NCBI GenBank assembly: GCA_042568205.1
Contig: JBHPJE010000007.1
Location: 35-64,034 of the forward strand
Direction of reading: 5' to 3'
DNA: 64,000 bases
DNA from: Patescibacteria group bacterium
GTDB lineage: Bacteria; Patescibacteriota; Gracilibacteria; UBA1369; PNNO01
Numbering within the stretch: position 1 is the first letter of the stretch; each line of letters opens with the position of its first letter. Below the pieces are notes generated by a model. It did not search any database, was not told the origin of the DNA, and saw nothing but the letters and a program-made list of their open reading frames with translations. A program made the position numbers and the translations under genes. Positions 15,682 through 27,462 of the stretch are shown here, one piece after another.

Positions 15682-16851
15682 TTGGAAGAGTTTTTCAAAA
15701 ACCCTCAAGTGCGATTAAAGAAATTGAAACACCAGATACAATGGTGTCAGAATTACTTATGGGAGAACAAGGAAGAGATTTTTTTTTCAGCAAATAGGAT
15801 TCAAAGTTTGGTAAGAGGCACGAATTTAGTAAGAATGGCAGGTCAGAAACTTTATTATCCAATCAAAATAACTGATTTCCCGGAAAGAGTTCTTTGCGAA
15901 CGTTTTGAAGTTTTACAATTATTAATGGCAAACTACGAAAGGCTTCAAGCAGTGGTTTCAGATGCCTTGGTTGATCTTGGTTGTGATCCTTATTGTGTTA
16001 TAGATCCTGAATTCGAAAGGGAAGATCTTTTGGGCACAGGTTTTTCAAGAGTAAGAGGAAAAAATAATTTATTATTAAAAGAAGGAAAAACTGAAAATGG
16101 TATCCCTGAAAAGGATTTAGTAATTCCTGGATGCCAATATTCTGTACAGGAAAGACTTGTTAGATGTTTAGGTCCGAGAGGAGATTTGAAATTTTTAAAA
16201 ATTGTAGACAATTTAGCAGGATGTGAATATTTAGGAGAAACAAGCCATTATTCATTAGAACAAAATATGCAGGTATTATTAGATGCAATGAGAAAAAGTG
16301 AAGAAGATCATATGCATGGTAAAGTTGATAGAGATATTAAAAGCGAAAATATTTTAGTTCAGCCTGATCCAACAAGAGCCCTGGGAGTTAGAGGAAGGCG
16401 TTGTGATAGGGAATTGCAATTAGAAGAAGGTCAAATTCCATGTGACCCTGGAACAAATATGAGAATATGTAGAGGAACTCCTTCTCACTTTGATATTGCA
16501 TATTATGTATATCCTCAAATTGAAACTCTAAGTGCTAGAACATCTGTTGATGTTTTTGCCTATGGAATAACTTTATTAACGCTTTATTTAGGTAAAGGAT
16601 ACGATGATTTTTTAGAGGAATTTCATAAAGAGATAAAAGATGATGAAGGTGAATTTACAACTTTTTTACCTTATGAAAAAGCTATAACAAAGGAAGATAT
16701 TTTTGGTGCAATGAAAAGAGCTAAAGTTGAAGCTGATATTCCTGAGAGAATGTTATATTTAATTATAAGCATGTTAAAAAAGAATAGAAGTTTAAGACCA
16801 ATACTTCGGGTAGTTATGAGAATTTTAAAAGAAGAGTATAATTTAGAGTAG
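15682..16851 (+). CDS. atypical eukaryotic-like protein kinase-fold protein
   Basis: The 389-aa ORF has a Gly-loop-like GTGFSRV (from 16033), the catalytic-loop-like VDRDIKSENILV (16324-16359), GTPSHF and DVFAYGITLL. I see no DFG motif. The track start is TTG, so the real start is uncertain (ATG at 15835 is possible). Confidence 0.55.
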   Translation: MEEFFKNPQVRLKKLKHQIQWCQNYLWENKEEIFFSANRIQSLVRGTNLVRMAGQKLYYPIKITDFPERVLCERFEVLQLLMANYERLQAVVSDALVDLGCDPYCVIDPEFEREDLLGTGFSRVRGKNNLLLKEGKTENGIPEKDLVIPGCQYSVQERLVRCLGPRGDLKFLKIVDNLAGCEYLGETSHYSLEQNMQVLLDAMRKSEEDHMHGKVDRDIKSENILVQPDPTRALGVRGRRCDRELQLEEGQIPCDPGTNMRICRGTPSHFDIAYYVYPQIETLSARTSVDVFAYGITLLTLYLGKGYDDFLEEFHKEIKDDEGEFTTFLPYEKAITKEDIFGAMKRAKVEADIPERMLYLIISMLKKNRSLRPILRVVMRILKEEYNLE

Positions 16852-17048
16852 CGAACGTTGACTTAAGTAGTGAATTTCCAGTATAGTTATATTGATCGAA
16901 AGATTATGAAAACTGGTTTAAGTTATTACGATTTATCGCTTAATATAAAAGAAATTAGATACATTAATATATACTAAAGCTCGGCACTAGAATTGTGCTT
17001 CTAAAAGCGTGTATGACTTAAGTCAGTGTATAACACTAACTATTTTTT

Positions 17049-18575
17049 ATGGAAACACTAACAATTTTGCTAGCATTAGTAGGATTGGGTGCTGGAGTGG
17101 CAGTAGGGTATGTCTATCGAAAAAAACTTGTTGAAACAAAAAACAAGGATTTATCTGAAAAAAGCCAGAATCTAATCAAAGATGCGCAAAACAAATCAAA
17201 AGAAGTTTTATTTGAAGCTAAAAATGAAGCATTTAAGGTTTTAGATGAAGCTAAAAAAGAAGAAAAACGAAAACGTGAACAATTACAAAAAATTGAAGAA
17301 CGTTTAGTTTCAAAAGAACAAGGTCTTGATAAGAAGTCTGAAGATGCAGATAAGCTTAAAGAAGAGCTTGAAAACAAAGTAACTTCTGTTAAACGTCTTC
17401 GAGAAGAAGTGCAAAAAATTCAGGAATTACAAGAAGCAGAACTTGAAAAAGTTGCACAGCTTTCAAAAGACGATGCAAAAGAAATCCTTCTTAAAAAAGT
17501 AGAAGAAGATACAAAAGAAGTATTAGTTGAGCAGATTAGAAAGACTGAAAAAGAAGTTAATGAACAAGCAGCAGATAAAGCTAAATTTGTTATTGCTGAG
17601 GCAATTCAAAAATATGCAGCTGAAACTACAGTTGAATCAACTGCAACAATGGTAACTCTGCCTTCTGATGATATGAAAGGTAGAATTATTGGTCGCGAAG
17701 GTCGTAATATTAATACATTTGAAGAAATCACTGGTATTGATGTAATTGTTGATGATACTCCAGGTTCAATTGTTATTTCTGGATTTGATCTTGTGCGTCG
17801 ATATGTTGCTAAAATTACACTTGAGCGATTAATTGAAGATGGACGAATCCACCCTGCAAGAATTGAAGAAACTTATATAAAAGTTAAAGAAGAAGTTAGC
17901 AAATTAATTAAAGAATTAGGTGAAAAAGCTGCATTTGATGTAGGTGTTGCAGGACTTCATCCAAATCTTATTAAATTATTAGGAAGACTTAAATTTAGAG
18001 TTAGTTATGGTCAAAATGTTTTAAAGCATTCAATGGAAGTTGCGCATTTGGCTGCTAACTTAGCTAGCGAACTTGGTGCAGATGCTAATTTATGTAAAAA
18101 AGCAGCATTACTTCATGATATTGGAAAAGCTGTTGATCATGAGATTCAGGGTCATCACGCTGCGATTGGTCGTGATATTGCAAAGAAATTTGGATTAGAT
18201 AAGAGGGTGATACATTGTATTGAAGCTCATCATGGAGACCCTCAGCCAGAAACTGTTGAAGCTATGATTGTTGCTGCTGCGAATGCAGTTGCAAATGCTC
18301 GTCCAGGCGCTAATAAAGATAATTTAGATAATTATGTTAAGAGACTTGAAGAGTTAGAAAATGTTTGTACTTCATTTGAAGGTGTTAAAAAAGCCTTTGC
18401 AATTCAAGCAGGAACAGAAGTGAGAATCTTTGTTAATCCTGAAGATGTTGATGATTTAGGAGCAGTTAAAATGTCTCATGAAATCACTCGAAAGATTGAA
18501 CATGATTTACAATATCCTGGTCAGGTAAAGGTTAATGTGATTAGAGAGACACGTAGCGAAGAGTTTGCAAAATAG
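17049..18575 (+). CDS. rny: ribonuclease Y
   Basis: The 508-aa ORF has an N-terminal TM helix and a long Lys/Glu coiled coil. A KH domain (GRIIGREGRNI) and an HD domain (LLHDIGKA..HH) follow. Confidence 0.93.
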   Translation: METLTILLALVGLGAGVAVGYVYRKKLVETKNKDLSEKSQNLIKDAQNKSKEVLFEAKNEAFKVLDEAKKEEKRKREQLQKIEERLVSKEQGLDKKSEDADKLKEELENKVTSVKRLREEVQKIQELQEAELEKVAQLSKDDAKEILLKKVEEDTKEVLVEQIRKTEKEVNEQAADKAKFVIAEAIQKYAAETTVESTATMVTLPSDDMKGRIIGREGRNINTFEEITGIDVIVDDTPGSIVISGFDLVRRYVAKITLERLIEDGRIHPARIEETYIKVKEEVSKLIKELGEKAAFDVGVAGLHPNLIKLLGRLKFRVSYGQNVLKHSMEVAHLAANLASELGADANLCKKAALLHDIGKAVDHEIQGHHAAIGRDIAKKFGLDKRVIHCIEAHHGDPQPETVEAMIVAAANAVANARPGANKDNLDNYVKRLEELENVCTSFEGVKKAFAIQAGTEVRIFVNPEDVDDLGAVKMSHEITRKIEHDLQYPGQVKVNVIRETRSEEFAK

Positions 18576-18668
18576 AGAGGATAGAAATTGAATCTGGCAA
18601 TAAGTATATGTAATAATGTATTATATATATCGTTTTAATTAGTGAACTTACCCTTTAACTACAAACGC

Positions 18669-19613
18669 ATGAAAAAACTCATCGCACTCATTGCTTCAGT
18701 GGCGGTTTTGGCAGTATTCTTGCCAACAACTTATGCAACTGACATCTGTGCTGCTGAACCATTAACGGTTCGGAATTTTAATGCAGAAATTACATCTGCA
18801 GTTCATTTAAGAACTGTATCTTGTATGCAGGAATCAACAGTGATTACTACTCTTTCTGGTGGAGAAATTGTTCAGGTTATCGGAACAACTGAAGGTTGGC
18901 ATAAAGTTAAACGTGCTGACGGTACTGAAGGTTGGATTTGGGAAACTTTCCTAACACCAACGGATAAAGCATTTAATCCTTCACAACCAGATCCTGAGCC
19001 GGAACCGGAACCAACACTTTATGTTGAACCAGAACCTGTTGAATACGTAGCAATGCGTGATATTTCTGGTCATAAATATGAAGACGCGATTTGGTTTGTT
19101 TATAATAATGATATTGTTCAGGGTTATGATGATGGATCTTACAAACCTGACCAAACAATTAATCGTGCAGAATTATTAAAGATTATTGTTGAAGCGAAAT
19201 ATACTAATGAGTTTGAAGCTTATGATGATAAAGGATGTTTTACTGATGTAGCTGCAAGCCAGTGGTATTCAAAATATGTTTGTTTTGGAAAAGATAAATA
19301 CGTTGTAGAAGGATATACTGATGGATCTTTCAAGCCAGCTGATGATGTAAATTTTGTTGAATCATTAAAGCTTGCACTTATAGGATTCGGAATCGGTTAT
19401 GAAGAAGGGGATCCTTGGTATAAAAAGATCGTCGATGAAGCTTCAGAAGCTAATTTGATACCTTTAGATGTTGATAAATTTGATGATATTTTAACAAGAG
19501 GTCAGATTGCTGAAATGATTACAAGAATAATGAAATATGAAGATGAAACTTTAGAGGATTATCTTGGTGCAATGGCAAGCGCGAAAATTACTTATGAGAT
19601 GTTGGAGAATTAA
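18669..19613 (+). CDS. secreted SH3b plus S-layer-homology (SLH) domain protein
   Basis: The signal peptide is MKKLIALIASVAVLAVFLPTTYA. An SH3b-like segment (GEIVQVIGTTEGWHKVKRADGTEGWIW) precedes a PE-rich linker. SLH-like repeats follow (VQGYDDGSYKPDQTINRAELLKII; VEGYTDGSFKPADDV). I chose the ATG at 18669 over the GTG at 18642. Confidence 0.7.
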   Translation: MKKLIALIASVAVLAVFLPTTYATDICAAEPLTVRNFNAEITSAVHLRTVSCMQESTVITTLSGGEIVQVIGTTEGWHKVKRADGTEGWIWETFLTPTDKAFNPSQPDPEPEPEPTLYVEPEPVEYVAMRDISGHKYEDAIWFVYNNDIVQGYDDGSYKPDQTINRAELLKIIVEAKYTNEFEAYDDKGCFTDVAASQWYSKYVCFGKDKYVVEGYTDGSFKPADDVNFVESLKLALIGFGIGYEEGDPWYKKIVDEASEANLIPLDVDKFDDILTRGQIAEMITRIMKYEDETLEDYLGAMASAKITYEMLEN

Positions 19614-19642
19614 TGTAATGAAAATTTAATAATTTCTTTATA

Positions 19643-19676
19643 AAAAGCAGGGAATAAACCTCCTGCTTTTTTTTTA
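19643..19676 (+). terminator. Rho-independent terminator
   Basis: The stem is aaagcagg/cctgcttt around the loop gaataaacct. A T9 run at 19667-19675 forms part of it and follows it. Confidence 0.65.
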
Positions 19677-19683
19677 AAATATT

Positions 19684-20508
19684 ATGTTAGAAAAACAGCC
19701 AAACGGATTAGTAGATATACATGTATTACAAGAGCAAACTGAGTATTTGCTTTCTATTGAGGATCCGGAAGAAATTGAAGAACACAAAGAACTAGCAATT
19801 GAAGTTGAAAGTGCTTTAAGAGAACACGCTAATTTAATTCTTGAACGACTTAAGGATGAAGCAAATTCAATTTTTCTTTTTAATAAAGCAAGTTTAATTA
19901 GACAAAAGTTTTTAGGATCTCAAGATAGATGGAGTCAAAAGAAAAGAATACATTATTGTGGTGAATTTTATGATCCCATTAAAGTAGATTCATGTGATGC
20001 AATTGACGAAGAGGCTCCATTTAGAATTATAGGATGTATTTCTGGTAGCATTTTTCAATGCTTATTTAGGAAGAAGATGACAGTTGTTAATGGAATTTTT
20101 GTTGTAGCTTCACATGACAGGGACGAAGAAGATAGTAAAACATATTTTTTTGGACCTCCTCAAGATAGATTTCGAAAGAAAAGTCATAGAACTATTAGGA
20201 GTGATTATGCTATTGGGCATTTGTTAAGGAGCGGTATTGATGCTGGGATAGTATCCCCTAAAGGGCAAATACATATTTGTGAGACTTTTGAGGATAGTAA
20301 AGGATATTTAGATGAAGGTAGGCTTACTTTTAATCCTGAATTGAGAATACCTTATGATCCTCAATCCCTTCTTTGTTGTCGACCAGAAGCAATTTCCGCT
20401 TATGTTAAAGATGCTTTTTTAGATAGAGTTGAAAAACTGGAAAGATTAAAAAAAGATGAATTGTTATCATCAATGCGTGAAGCATTATTAAAAAGAGGTG
20501 GATTTTAA
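19684..20508 (+). CDS. hypothetical cytosolic protein (274 aa)
   Basis: This is a long ORF with no signal peptide and no motif I recognise. Its composition is relatively rich in Cys, His and Arg. Confidence 0.5.
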   Translation: MLEKQPNGLVDIHVLQEQTEYLLSIEDPEEIEEHKELAIEVESALREHANLILERLKDEANSIFLFNKASLIRQKFLGSQDRWSQKKRIHYCGEFYDPIKVDSCDAIDEEAPFRIIGCISGSIFQCLFRKKMTVVNGIFVVASHDRDEEDSKTYFFGPPQDRFRKKSHRTIRSDYAIGHLLRSGIDAGIVSPKGQIHICETFEDSKGYLDEGRLTFNPELRIPYDPQSLLCCRPEAISAYVKDAFLDRVEKLERLKKDELLSSMREALLKRGGF

Positions 20509-20523
20509 TTATTAATTTTTCTC

Positions 20524-20563
20524 TTGACTCTATCTGCTAGCACTTTATAATGTCGAGTGCTAA
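20524..20563 (+). promoter_or_regulatory. groESL promoter with CIRCE (HrcA) operator
   Basis: TTGACT (20524-20529), a 16-nt spacer and TATAAT (20546-20551) form the promoter. The CIRCE inverted repeat is CTAGCACTT-N9-GAGTGCTAA (20537-20563), against the consensus TTAGCACTC-N9-GAGTGCTAA. Confidence 0.85.
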
Positions 20564-20587
20564 TTTAAGTTATTTAACCTTATACAA

Positions 20588-20878
20588 ATGGCAAATATCC
20601 AACCAACAGCTGATCGAATAGTGGTGGAACCTCTTGAAGAGCAAACTACTGCTTCTGGAATTATTATTCCTGATACAGCAAATAAAGAAAAACCCCAAAA
20701 AGGTAAAGTTATCGCAGTAGGACCAGGAAAAATCGGTGATGATAACGAAAGAATTAAAATGGAAGTTGCTGAAGGGGATACTGTCCTTTTCACAAAATAT
20801 GCTCCAAATGAAATTAAAGTAGAAGGCAAAGAGCTTTTTGTTTTAAATGAGTCAGATGTACTCGCAATCCTTAAATAA
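20588..20878 (+). CDS. groES: co-chaperonin GroES
   Basis: The 96-aa ORF has the motifs PTADRIVVEP, SGIIIPDTA and GKVIAVGPG. Confidence 0.95.
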   Translation: MANIQPTADRIVVEPLEEQTTASGIIIPDTANKEKPQKGKVIAVGPGKIGDDNERIKMEVAEGDTVLFTKYAPNEIKVEGKELFVLNESDVLAILK

Positions 20879-20886
20879 TAATCTAA

Positions 20887-22542
<1,656 letters not shown>

Positions 22543-22650
22543 GCACAAAGTTTTAAATTAAAAAAAGGGCCTATTTATCTGGGCTCTTTTTTTATTGAAC
22601 AGAAACTATAGTAGATGTTATAATGACTTGGAAATTAACGCAGAACAATT

Positions 22651-23037
22651 ATGGCTAGAACTAAAAAAGAAAAATCCATTGATGGACCATCTAAATCAAA
22701 AGGTAATAATAATCTTTCTCTGAAAGAAGAGGAATTTGTTGTACATCACATTGATGAAGAAGAAGCTGATATTAGAGGAACAGTTGTTGATAAAATGCCT
22801 ACCGTAGCTGAGAAAGTTACTGTAAAGTTTGGTAATTTTGTTAACTTAGTTGCAAATCATGATTATGATAGCATTCTTGATAAGAATAGTAATGAAGAAG
22901 TAATTATGAGTAGTGATTTGTTGGCTGATCTTGCAAATGCGCATGAACAAGGTGAAGAAAAACGAATTCCTGCAATTTTCATTATTGGAGTTGTACTTGG
23001 AATCGTAATAACTTATATTCTGTTAACTTTTGATTGA
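22651..23037 (+). CDS. hypothetical tail-anchored membrane protein (128 aa)
   Basis: The ORF has a single C-terminal TM helix (IPAIFIIGVVLGIVITYILL). Its stop overlaps the pyrH start. Confidence 0.5.
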   Translation: MARTKKEKSIDGPSKSKGNNNLSLKEEEFVVHHIDEEEADIRGTVVDKMPTVAEKVTVKFGNFVNLVANHDYDSILDKNSNEEVIMSSDLLADLANAHEQGEEKRIPAIFIIGVVLGIVITYILLTFD

Positions 23038-23750
23038 TGGCTAAAGTAAAATATAAACGTATTCTCCTCAAAATGTCAGGTGAAGTTCTGCAGGGGGATC
23101 GCAGTTCTGGTATAGATGCAAAAAGAGTGAATGAATTAGTAAAAGAAATTGCTGAAGTTAAAAAACTTGGTGTTCAAATTGGAATTGTTGTAGGTGGAGG
23201 GAATATCTGGAGATATCGTGACTTTAAAGACACTGGAATTGAAAGAATCATGTCAGATAATATGGGAATGATGGCAACTGTTATGAATGGAAGTGCTTTA
23301 AAAAGTGCTTTTGAAAAAGCTGGTATCGAATGTAGAGTTTGCTCAGCATTAAGAGCAGAACAGGTTGCTGAAAATTATGTTCCACCAAAAGCAAGACATC
23401 ATTTAGATCAAGATAGAGTAGTGATTTGTGTTGGAGGAACTGGGAATCCATATTTCACAACTGATTCTGCAGCAGCTTTAAGAGCTCTTGAATTAAATTG
23501 CGATGTTTTATTAAAAGCAACTAAAGTTGATGGTGTTTATACAGCAGATCCTGTGAAAGATAAGAAAGCAAAAAAGTTTGATAAAATTTCATATAATAAA
23601 GTATTATCGATGGATCTTAAATTTATGGATCTTGCATCGGTTGCGCTTTGTAAAGATGGAGGAATGCCTATCCTTTTATTTAATCTTAATAAAAAAGGAA
23701 ATATTAAAAAGGCAGTTATGGGAGAAAAACTTGGAACAATAATTTCTTAA
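23037..23750 (+). CDS. pyrH: UMP kinase
   Basis: The motifs KRILLKMSGE and GIVVGGGNIWRY are present. I chose the ATG at 23037, because the track start at 23034 is TTG. Confidence 0.93.
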   Translation: MAKVKYKRILLKMSGEVLQGDRSSGIDAKRVNELVKEIAEVKKLGVQIGIVVGGGNIWRYRDFKDTGIERIMSDNMGMMATVMNGSALKSAFEKAGIECRVCSALRAEQVAENYVPPKARHHLDQDRVVICVGGTGNPYFTTDSAAALRALELNCDVLLKATKVDGVYTADPVKDKKAKKFDKISYNKVLSMDLKFMDLASVALCKDGGMPILLFNLNKKGNIKKAVMGEKLGTIIS

Positions 23751-23760
23751 CTTAAATATT

Positions 23761-24321
23761 ATGCCAACTACACCTCATTTTAATACTGCAAAAGATGAAT
23801 TTGCAAAAGCTATAGAACATTTGAAGGTTGAATACGGAAAACTCCAAATTGGACGTGCATCATCTGCTTTGATTGAAGATGTTAAAGTTGATGCTTACGG
23901 TACACAGCAGCCATTAAAAGCCTGTGCTTCAATTTCAGTACCGGATCCAAAAACAATTCAGATTCAACCATGGGATAAAGGAATTTTAAATCAGATTGAA
24001 GCTGCAATTCAAAATGCAGGTCTAAATTTGAATCCTGTTAATGATGGAAACTTTGTAAGAATTAATATTCCACCATTAACTGAAGAAAGAAGAACTGATT
24101 TAACTAAACATGTTCACAAATTAGCTGAGGATGCGAGAATTTCTGTGAGAAATGCTCGGCAAGTTGCACATGAAGCTTATAAAAAACTTGAAGGAGATAA
24201 AGCGATTTCTGAAGATGACATGCATCATGCAAATAAACAACTTCAAGACGAAGTTGATAAGACTAATAAAGATATCGAAGAGCTCGCAAAGGCTAAGGAA
24301 ACCGACATAATGACTGTTTAA
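23761..24321 (+). CDS. frr: ribosome recycling factor
   Basis: The 186-aa ORF has LKVEYGKLQIGRAS, PPLTEERR and ISEDD. Confidence 0.95.
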   Translation: MPTTPHFNTAKDEFAKAIEHLKVEYGKLQIGRASSALIEDVKVDAYGTQQPLKACASISVPDPKTIQIQPWDKGILNQIEAAIQNAGLNLNPVNDGNFVRINIPPLTEERRTDLTKHVHKLAEDARISVRNARQVAHEAYKKLEGDKAISEDDMHHANKQLQDEVDKTNKDIEELAKAKETDIMTV

Positions 24322-24333
24322 TCTTGATATAAT

Positions 24334-25776
24334 ATGGATTTAATAATTTCCGGAATTGCGTTTGTTGTAATTTTTTCCCTTATAATTTTAATACATGAGT
24401 TTGGTCATTTTTATATGGCGAGACGTGCCGGAATTAAAGTTGAAGAGTTTGGTATTGGATTACCTCCAAGAATTTGGGGTAAGAAATTCAAAAAAAACGG
24501 AATATTGTGGTCAATAAACTGGATTCCGTTTGGAGGATTTGTGCGATTATATGGTGAAGATGCGACAGATGAAAAAATGATTAAGGATAATAAAAGTTTT
24601 GCTAGCAAACCTTTAAGAAAAAGAATGGCAGTTGTGGTTGCAGGTGTATTTATGAATTTCTTATTAGCATTTGTTTTACTTGTTATTGGATTTACAGCTG
24701 GTATCCAACCATTAATTGTTAATTCAGATGACGTTTTGTCAGCTTTAGACAGCGGTATAATTGAGCTTGGCTATGATAAGGATTTAGCAAAACCTTTATC
24801 AGCTGAAGAAAGAGAAATGGAGCAGATTATTAATTTGCCAAGAGTTGTTATTAGAGAAGTTGAAGAAGGAAGTGATTCTAAAGTTGCTGGTTTGGAAATT
24901 GACGATGTGATTTTAAAAATGAATGGAGAAAATATTTATTGGGTTTCTGATTTTCAAACAATTATTAATAGTCAGAACAAAATAGATTTTGAGATTTTGC
25001 GGGATTTTGAACCTATGAATATCACTGTTGATTTTAGTACAAAGCAGAGGGTGATTATTGCTAATGTTGTGCCTGAAGCCCCTGCTAGCAAAGCAGGATT
25101 TCAAGAAGGGGATATTGTGCTAAGTATCAATGATGAGCCAGTTTATATAGCTCAGGATTCAATAAATATGACTGCGGAAAATATTGGAAAAAATCTAACT
25201 TACAAAATTGATAGAAATGGAGAAGAACTTGAAATTGTAGTTGCTCCAAGTGAAGAAGGACGGATTGGCGTTGGGATTATTACAATGACATCTTATAAGA
25301 ACAATCAGCTAAGTGTTTATAATCGTGATGTTCCTGCAAAAGTAATAAAAATAAATGATGTTCAGTATCCTTTTCATCAAGCAATAGGCCAGGCATGGAA
25401 TGAATGTGGAAGATTGGCTCTGTTAACTGTTGATATGTTTGGAAATTTGGTTAAATCAATATTTAGTAAATTTACTGTTCCTGAAGGGGTTGCTGGTCCA
25501 GTTGGTATTGCAACAATGACTCATATGTTTGTTCAGGAAGGATTATTAGCATTACTAAGATTTACTGCGCTTCTATCATTAAGTTTGGCAGTGATTAATA
25601 TTATTCCTTTCCCTGCATTAGATGGTGGAAGGCTTTTATTTCTTTTAGTTGAGGCAGTTCGAGGTAAACGAATTCCTGCTAAATGGGAAGCATTAATTCA
25701 TGCATTTGGATTCATTCTTCTAATTGGATTGATATTCTTTATAACTTATAGCGACATTCTTAATATTTTTTCATAA
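24334..25776 (+). CDS. rseP: RIP metalloprotease RseP (site-2 protease, M50 family)
   Basis: The 480-aa ORF has HEFGH in TM1, internal PDZ-like segments and the C-terminal NIIPFPALDGG motif. Confidence 0.88.
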   Translation: MDLIISGIAFVVIFSLIILIHEFGHFYMARRAGIKVEEFGIGLPPRIWGKKFKKNGILWSINWIPFGGFVRLYGEDATDEKMIKDNKSFASKPLRKRMAVVVAGVFMNFLLAFVLLVIGFTAGIQPLIVNSDDVLSALDSGIIELGYDKDLAKPLSAEEREMEQIINLPRVVIREVEEGSDSKVAGLEIDDVILKMNGENIYWVSDFQTIINSQNKIDFEILRDFEPMNITVDFSTKQRVIIANVVPEAPASKAGFQEGDIVLSINDEPVYIAQDSINMTAENIGKNLTYKIDRNGEELEIVVAPSEEGRIGVGIITMTSYKNNQLSVYNRDVPAKVIKINDVQYPFHQAIGQAWNECGRLALLTVDMFGNLVKSIFSKFTVPEGVAGPVGIATMTHMFVQEGLLALLRFTALLSLSLAVINIIPFPALDGGRLLFLLVEAVRGKRIPAKWEALIHAFGFILLIGLIFFITYSDILNIFS

Positions 25777-25799
25777 AATTTTTATGAAATTTTCATAAA
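25770..25799. repeat. overlapping AT-only palindromes at the rseP stop
   Basis: The perfect 9-1-9 palindrome ttcataaaa-t-ttttatgaa lies at 25770-25788. It overlaps a second palindrome, ttatgaaa-t-tttcataa, at 25782-25798. Confidence 0.6.
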
Positions 25800-26034
25800 A
25801 TAAGTTGCATGGGTTTTGATAATGATGCATAACCTCCATTGCGCGGTATTTCATTATGTTTTGTGGGAGTGTATGTATAACTACATCTAGTAGTGTATAG
25901 GCGATGATAAATCCTACATTTAGGATCAAAAAAATTGAACTACTTACCCTTGTATTAGTCTCAAAATACAAATAGTATGAGGTTCCACTCGCAAGGGTGA
26001 ACAATTTTTCTAGGCCCCCTAAACTACATATCAA

Positions 26035-27462
26035 ATGTCCCACAAAGATCTATACAGAAATATTTTGTTACGCTTAAAACCAACATTTAAACTACCTTTA
26101 TTTAAAACTTGGTTTGCAGATACAGGAATAATTGAAAAAGGGGACGACTATATAGTAATTGGACTTCCAACTCCATTCGCAAAGCAATGGGTTTTAGATA
26201 AATATCATATTAAAGTTTTACAAGCTGCTCAGGAAGAAGATCCATCAATAAAAGAAGTACAATATAAAGTACATTCTGAATTTGCTAATGAAGATTCTCC
26301 TCATAAAGTAAATCTTGAAAGTATTTTAGGAACTGACGATATTAAACAGGTAAGAAAAGTAAGAAATAAAGATAATGAAGTTCATGTTGGTAAAAAAGGA
26401 TTGAAAAGCCGAAAATTAAGCATCAAACATACTTTAGACAACTTTGTGATTGGTAAAGATAACAAACTTGCTCATACTGCTTGTCTTGCTGTTTCAAATA
26501 TGCCAGGAGGTATTTATAATCCTTTATACATCTTCTCAGGTGTTGGGCAGGGTAAGACTCATCTTTTACAGGCGACAGGACGAGAGATCTTAAAGAATGA
26601 TCCAGATGCTCGAATTGTTTATATGACTGCAGAACAATTTACTAACGAAATTATTGAAGCTATTGGAAAAAGAAGAACTAAACAGTTTAAAGATAAATAT
26701 AGAACAGTTGATTGTTTCATTCTTGATGACATTCAATTTTTAGAGAATAAAGATATGAGTCAAATGGAATTCTTCCATACATTTAATGATTTATATGACT
26801 CTAATAAGCAGATTATCCTTTCATCTGATACTCCACCAAAAGATCTGAATGGATTTAAAGAAAGACTGATGGGTAGATTTGGAATGGGTACAGTTGTTGA
26901 AATTCTACCTTCTGATTATGAAACGCGCTTAGCAATTCTTAAACAAAGATGCTCTGATCTTCAAATGATAATTGATGATGATGTTTTAGAGTGTATTGCT
27001 TTCCATGTTGAAACTAATGTTAGAGATTTAGTTGGAGTTTTGATGCAAGTAATTTCACATTCTAATTTAAATGGGGCAGATCCTACAAAAGAGCTGGTTG
27101 CAACGATTTTAGAAACTCAACATCAGATTCAGGTTACACATAATGGTGTTTCAGTTGCTTCGATGAATGCAAAAGGTAAAACTATTCAGGAAATTATTGA
27201 TTCAGTTGCTCATTATTTTCATATTTCAAACGATGATCTGATTGGACCTCTTCGAAAAAAAGAAGTTATGATGCCTCGTCAAGTTTGTATGTACCTGATT
27301 AAAAGAGAGCTTGATCATTCATATGAAAAAATTGGTGAAGTTTTTGGTGGACGGAATCATTCAACAGTTTTACATGCTTTCAACACCATTTCTAGGAAGA
27401 TAAAAACAGACCCAAGACTTTTGCGTGATGTACAAGCCATAAAGCAAGGTCTTGGATTTTAA
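26035..27462 (+). CDS. dnaA: chromosomal replication initiator DnaA
   Basis: The 475-aa ORF has the AAA+ Walker A GVGQGKTHLL, DDIQFL and the C-terminal DNA-binding domain (GGRNHSTVLHA). Confidence 0.95.
   Translation: MSHKDLYRNILLRLKPTFKLPLFKTWFADTGIIEKGDDYIVIGLPTPFAKQWVLDKYHIKVLQAAQEEDPSIKEVQYKVHSEFANEDSPHKVNLESILGTDDIKQVRKVRNKDNEVHVGKKGLKSRKLSIKHTLDNFVIGKDNKLAHTACLAVSNMPGGIYNPLYIFSGVGQGKTHLLQATGREILKNDPDARIVYMTAEQFTNEIIEAIGKRRTKQFKDKYRTVDCFILDDIQFLENKDMSQMEFFHTFNDLYDSNKQIILSSDTPPKDLNGFKERLMGRFGMGTVVEILPSDYETRLAILKQRCSDLQMIIDDDVLECIAFHVETNVRDLVGVLMQVISHSNLNGADPTKELVATILETQHQIQVTHNGVSVASMNAKGKTIQEIIDSVAHYFHISNDDLIGPLRKKEVMMPRQVCMYLIKRELDHSYEKIGEVFGGRNHSTVLHAFNTISRKIKTDPRLLRDVQAIKQGLGF

Noticed and set aside
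22543-22650. A possible terminator after groEL (aaagggcctatttatctgggctcttttttt).
   Set aside because: Only a 3-bp gcc/ggc stem can form ahead of the T-run. That is too weak to call.
25771-26043. A 90-aa minus-strand ORF filling the rseP-dnaA spacer.
   Set aside because: It has no recognisable features, an odd composition, and overlaps the dnaA start. I treat the region as regulatory and non-coding.
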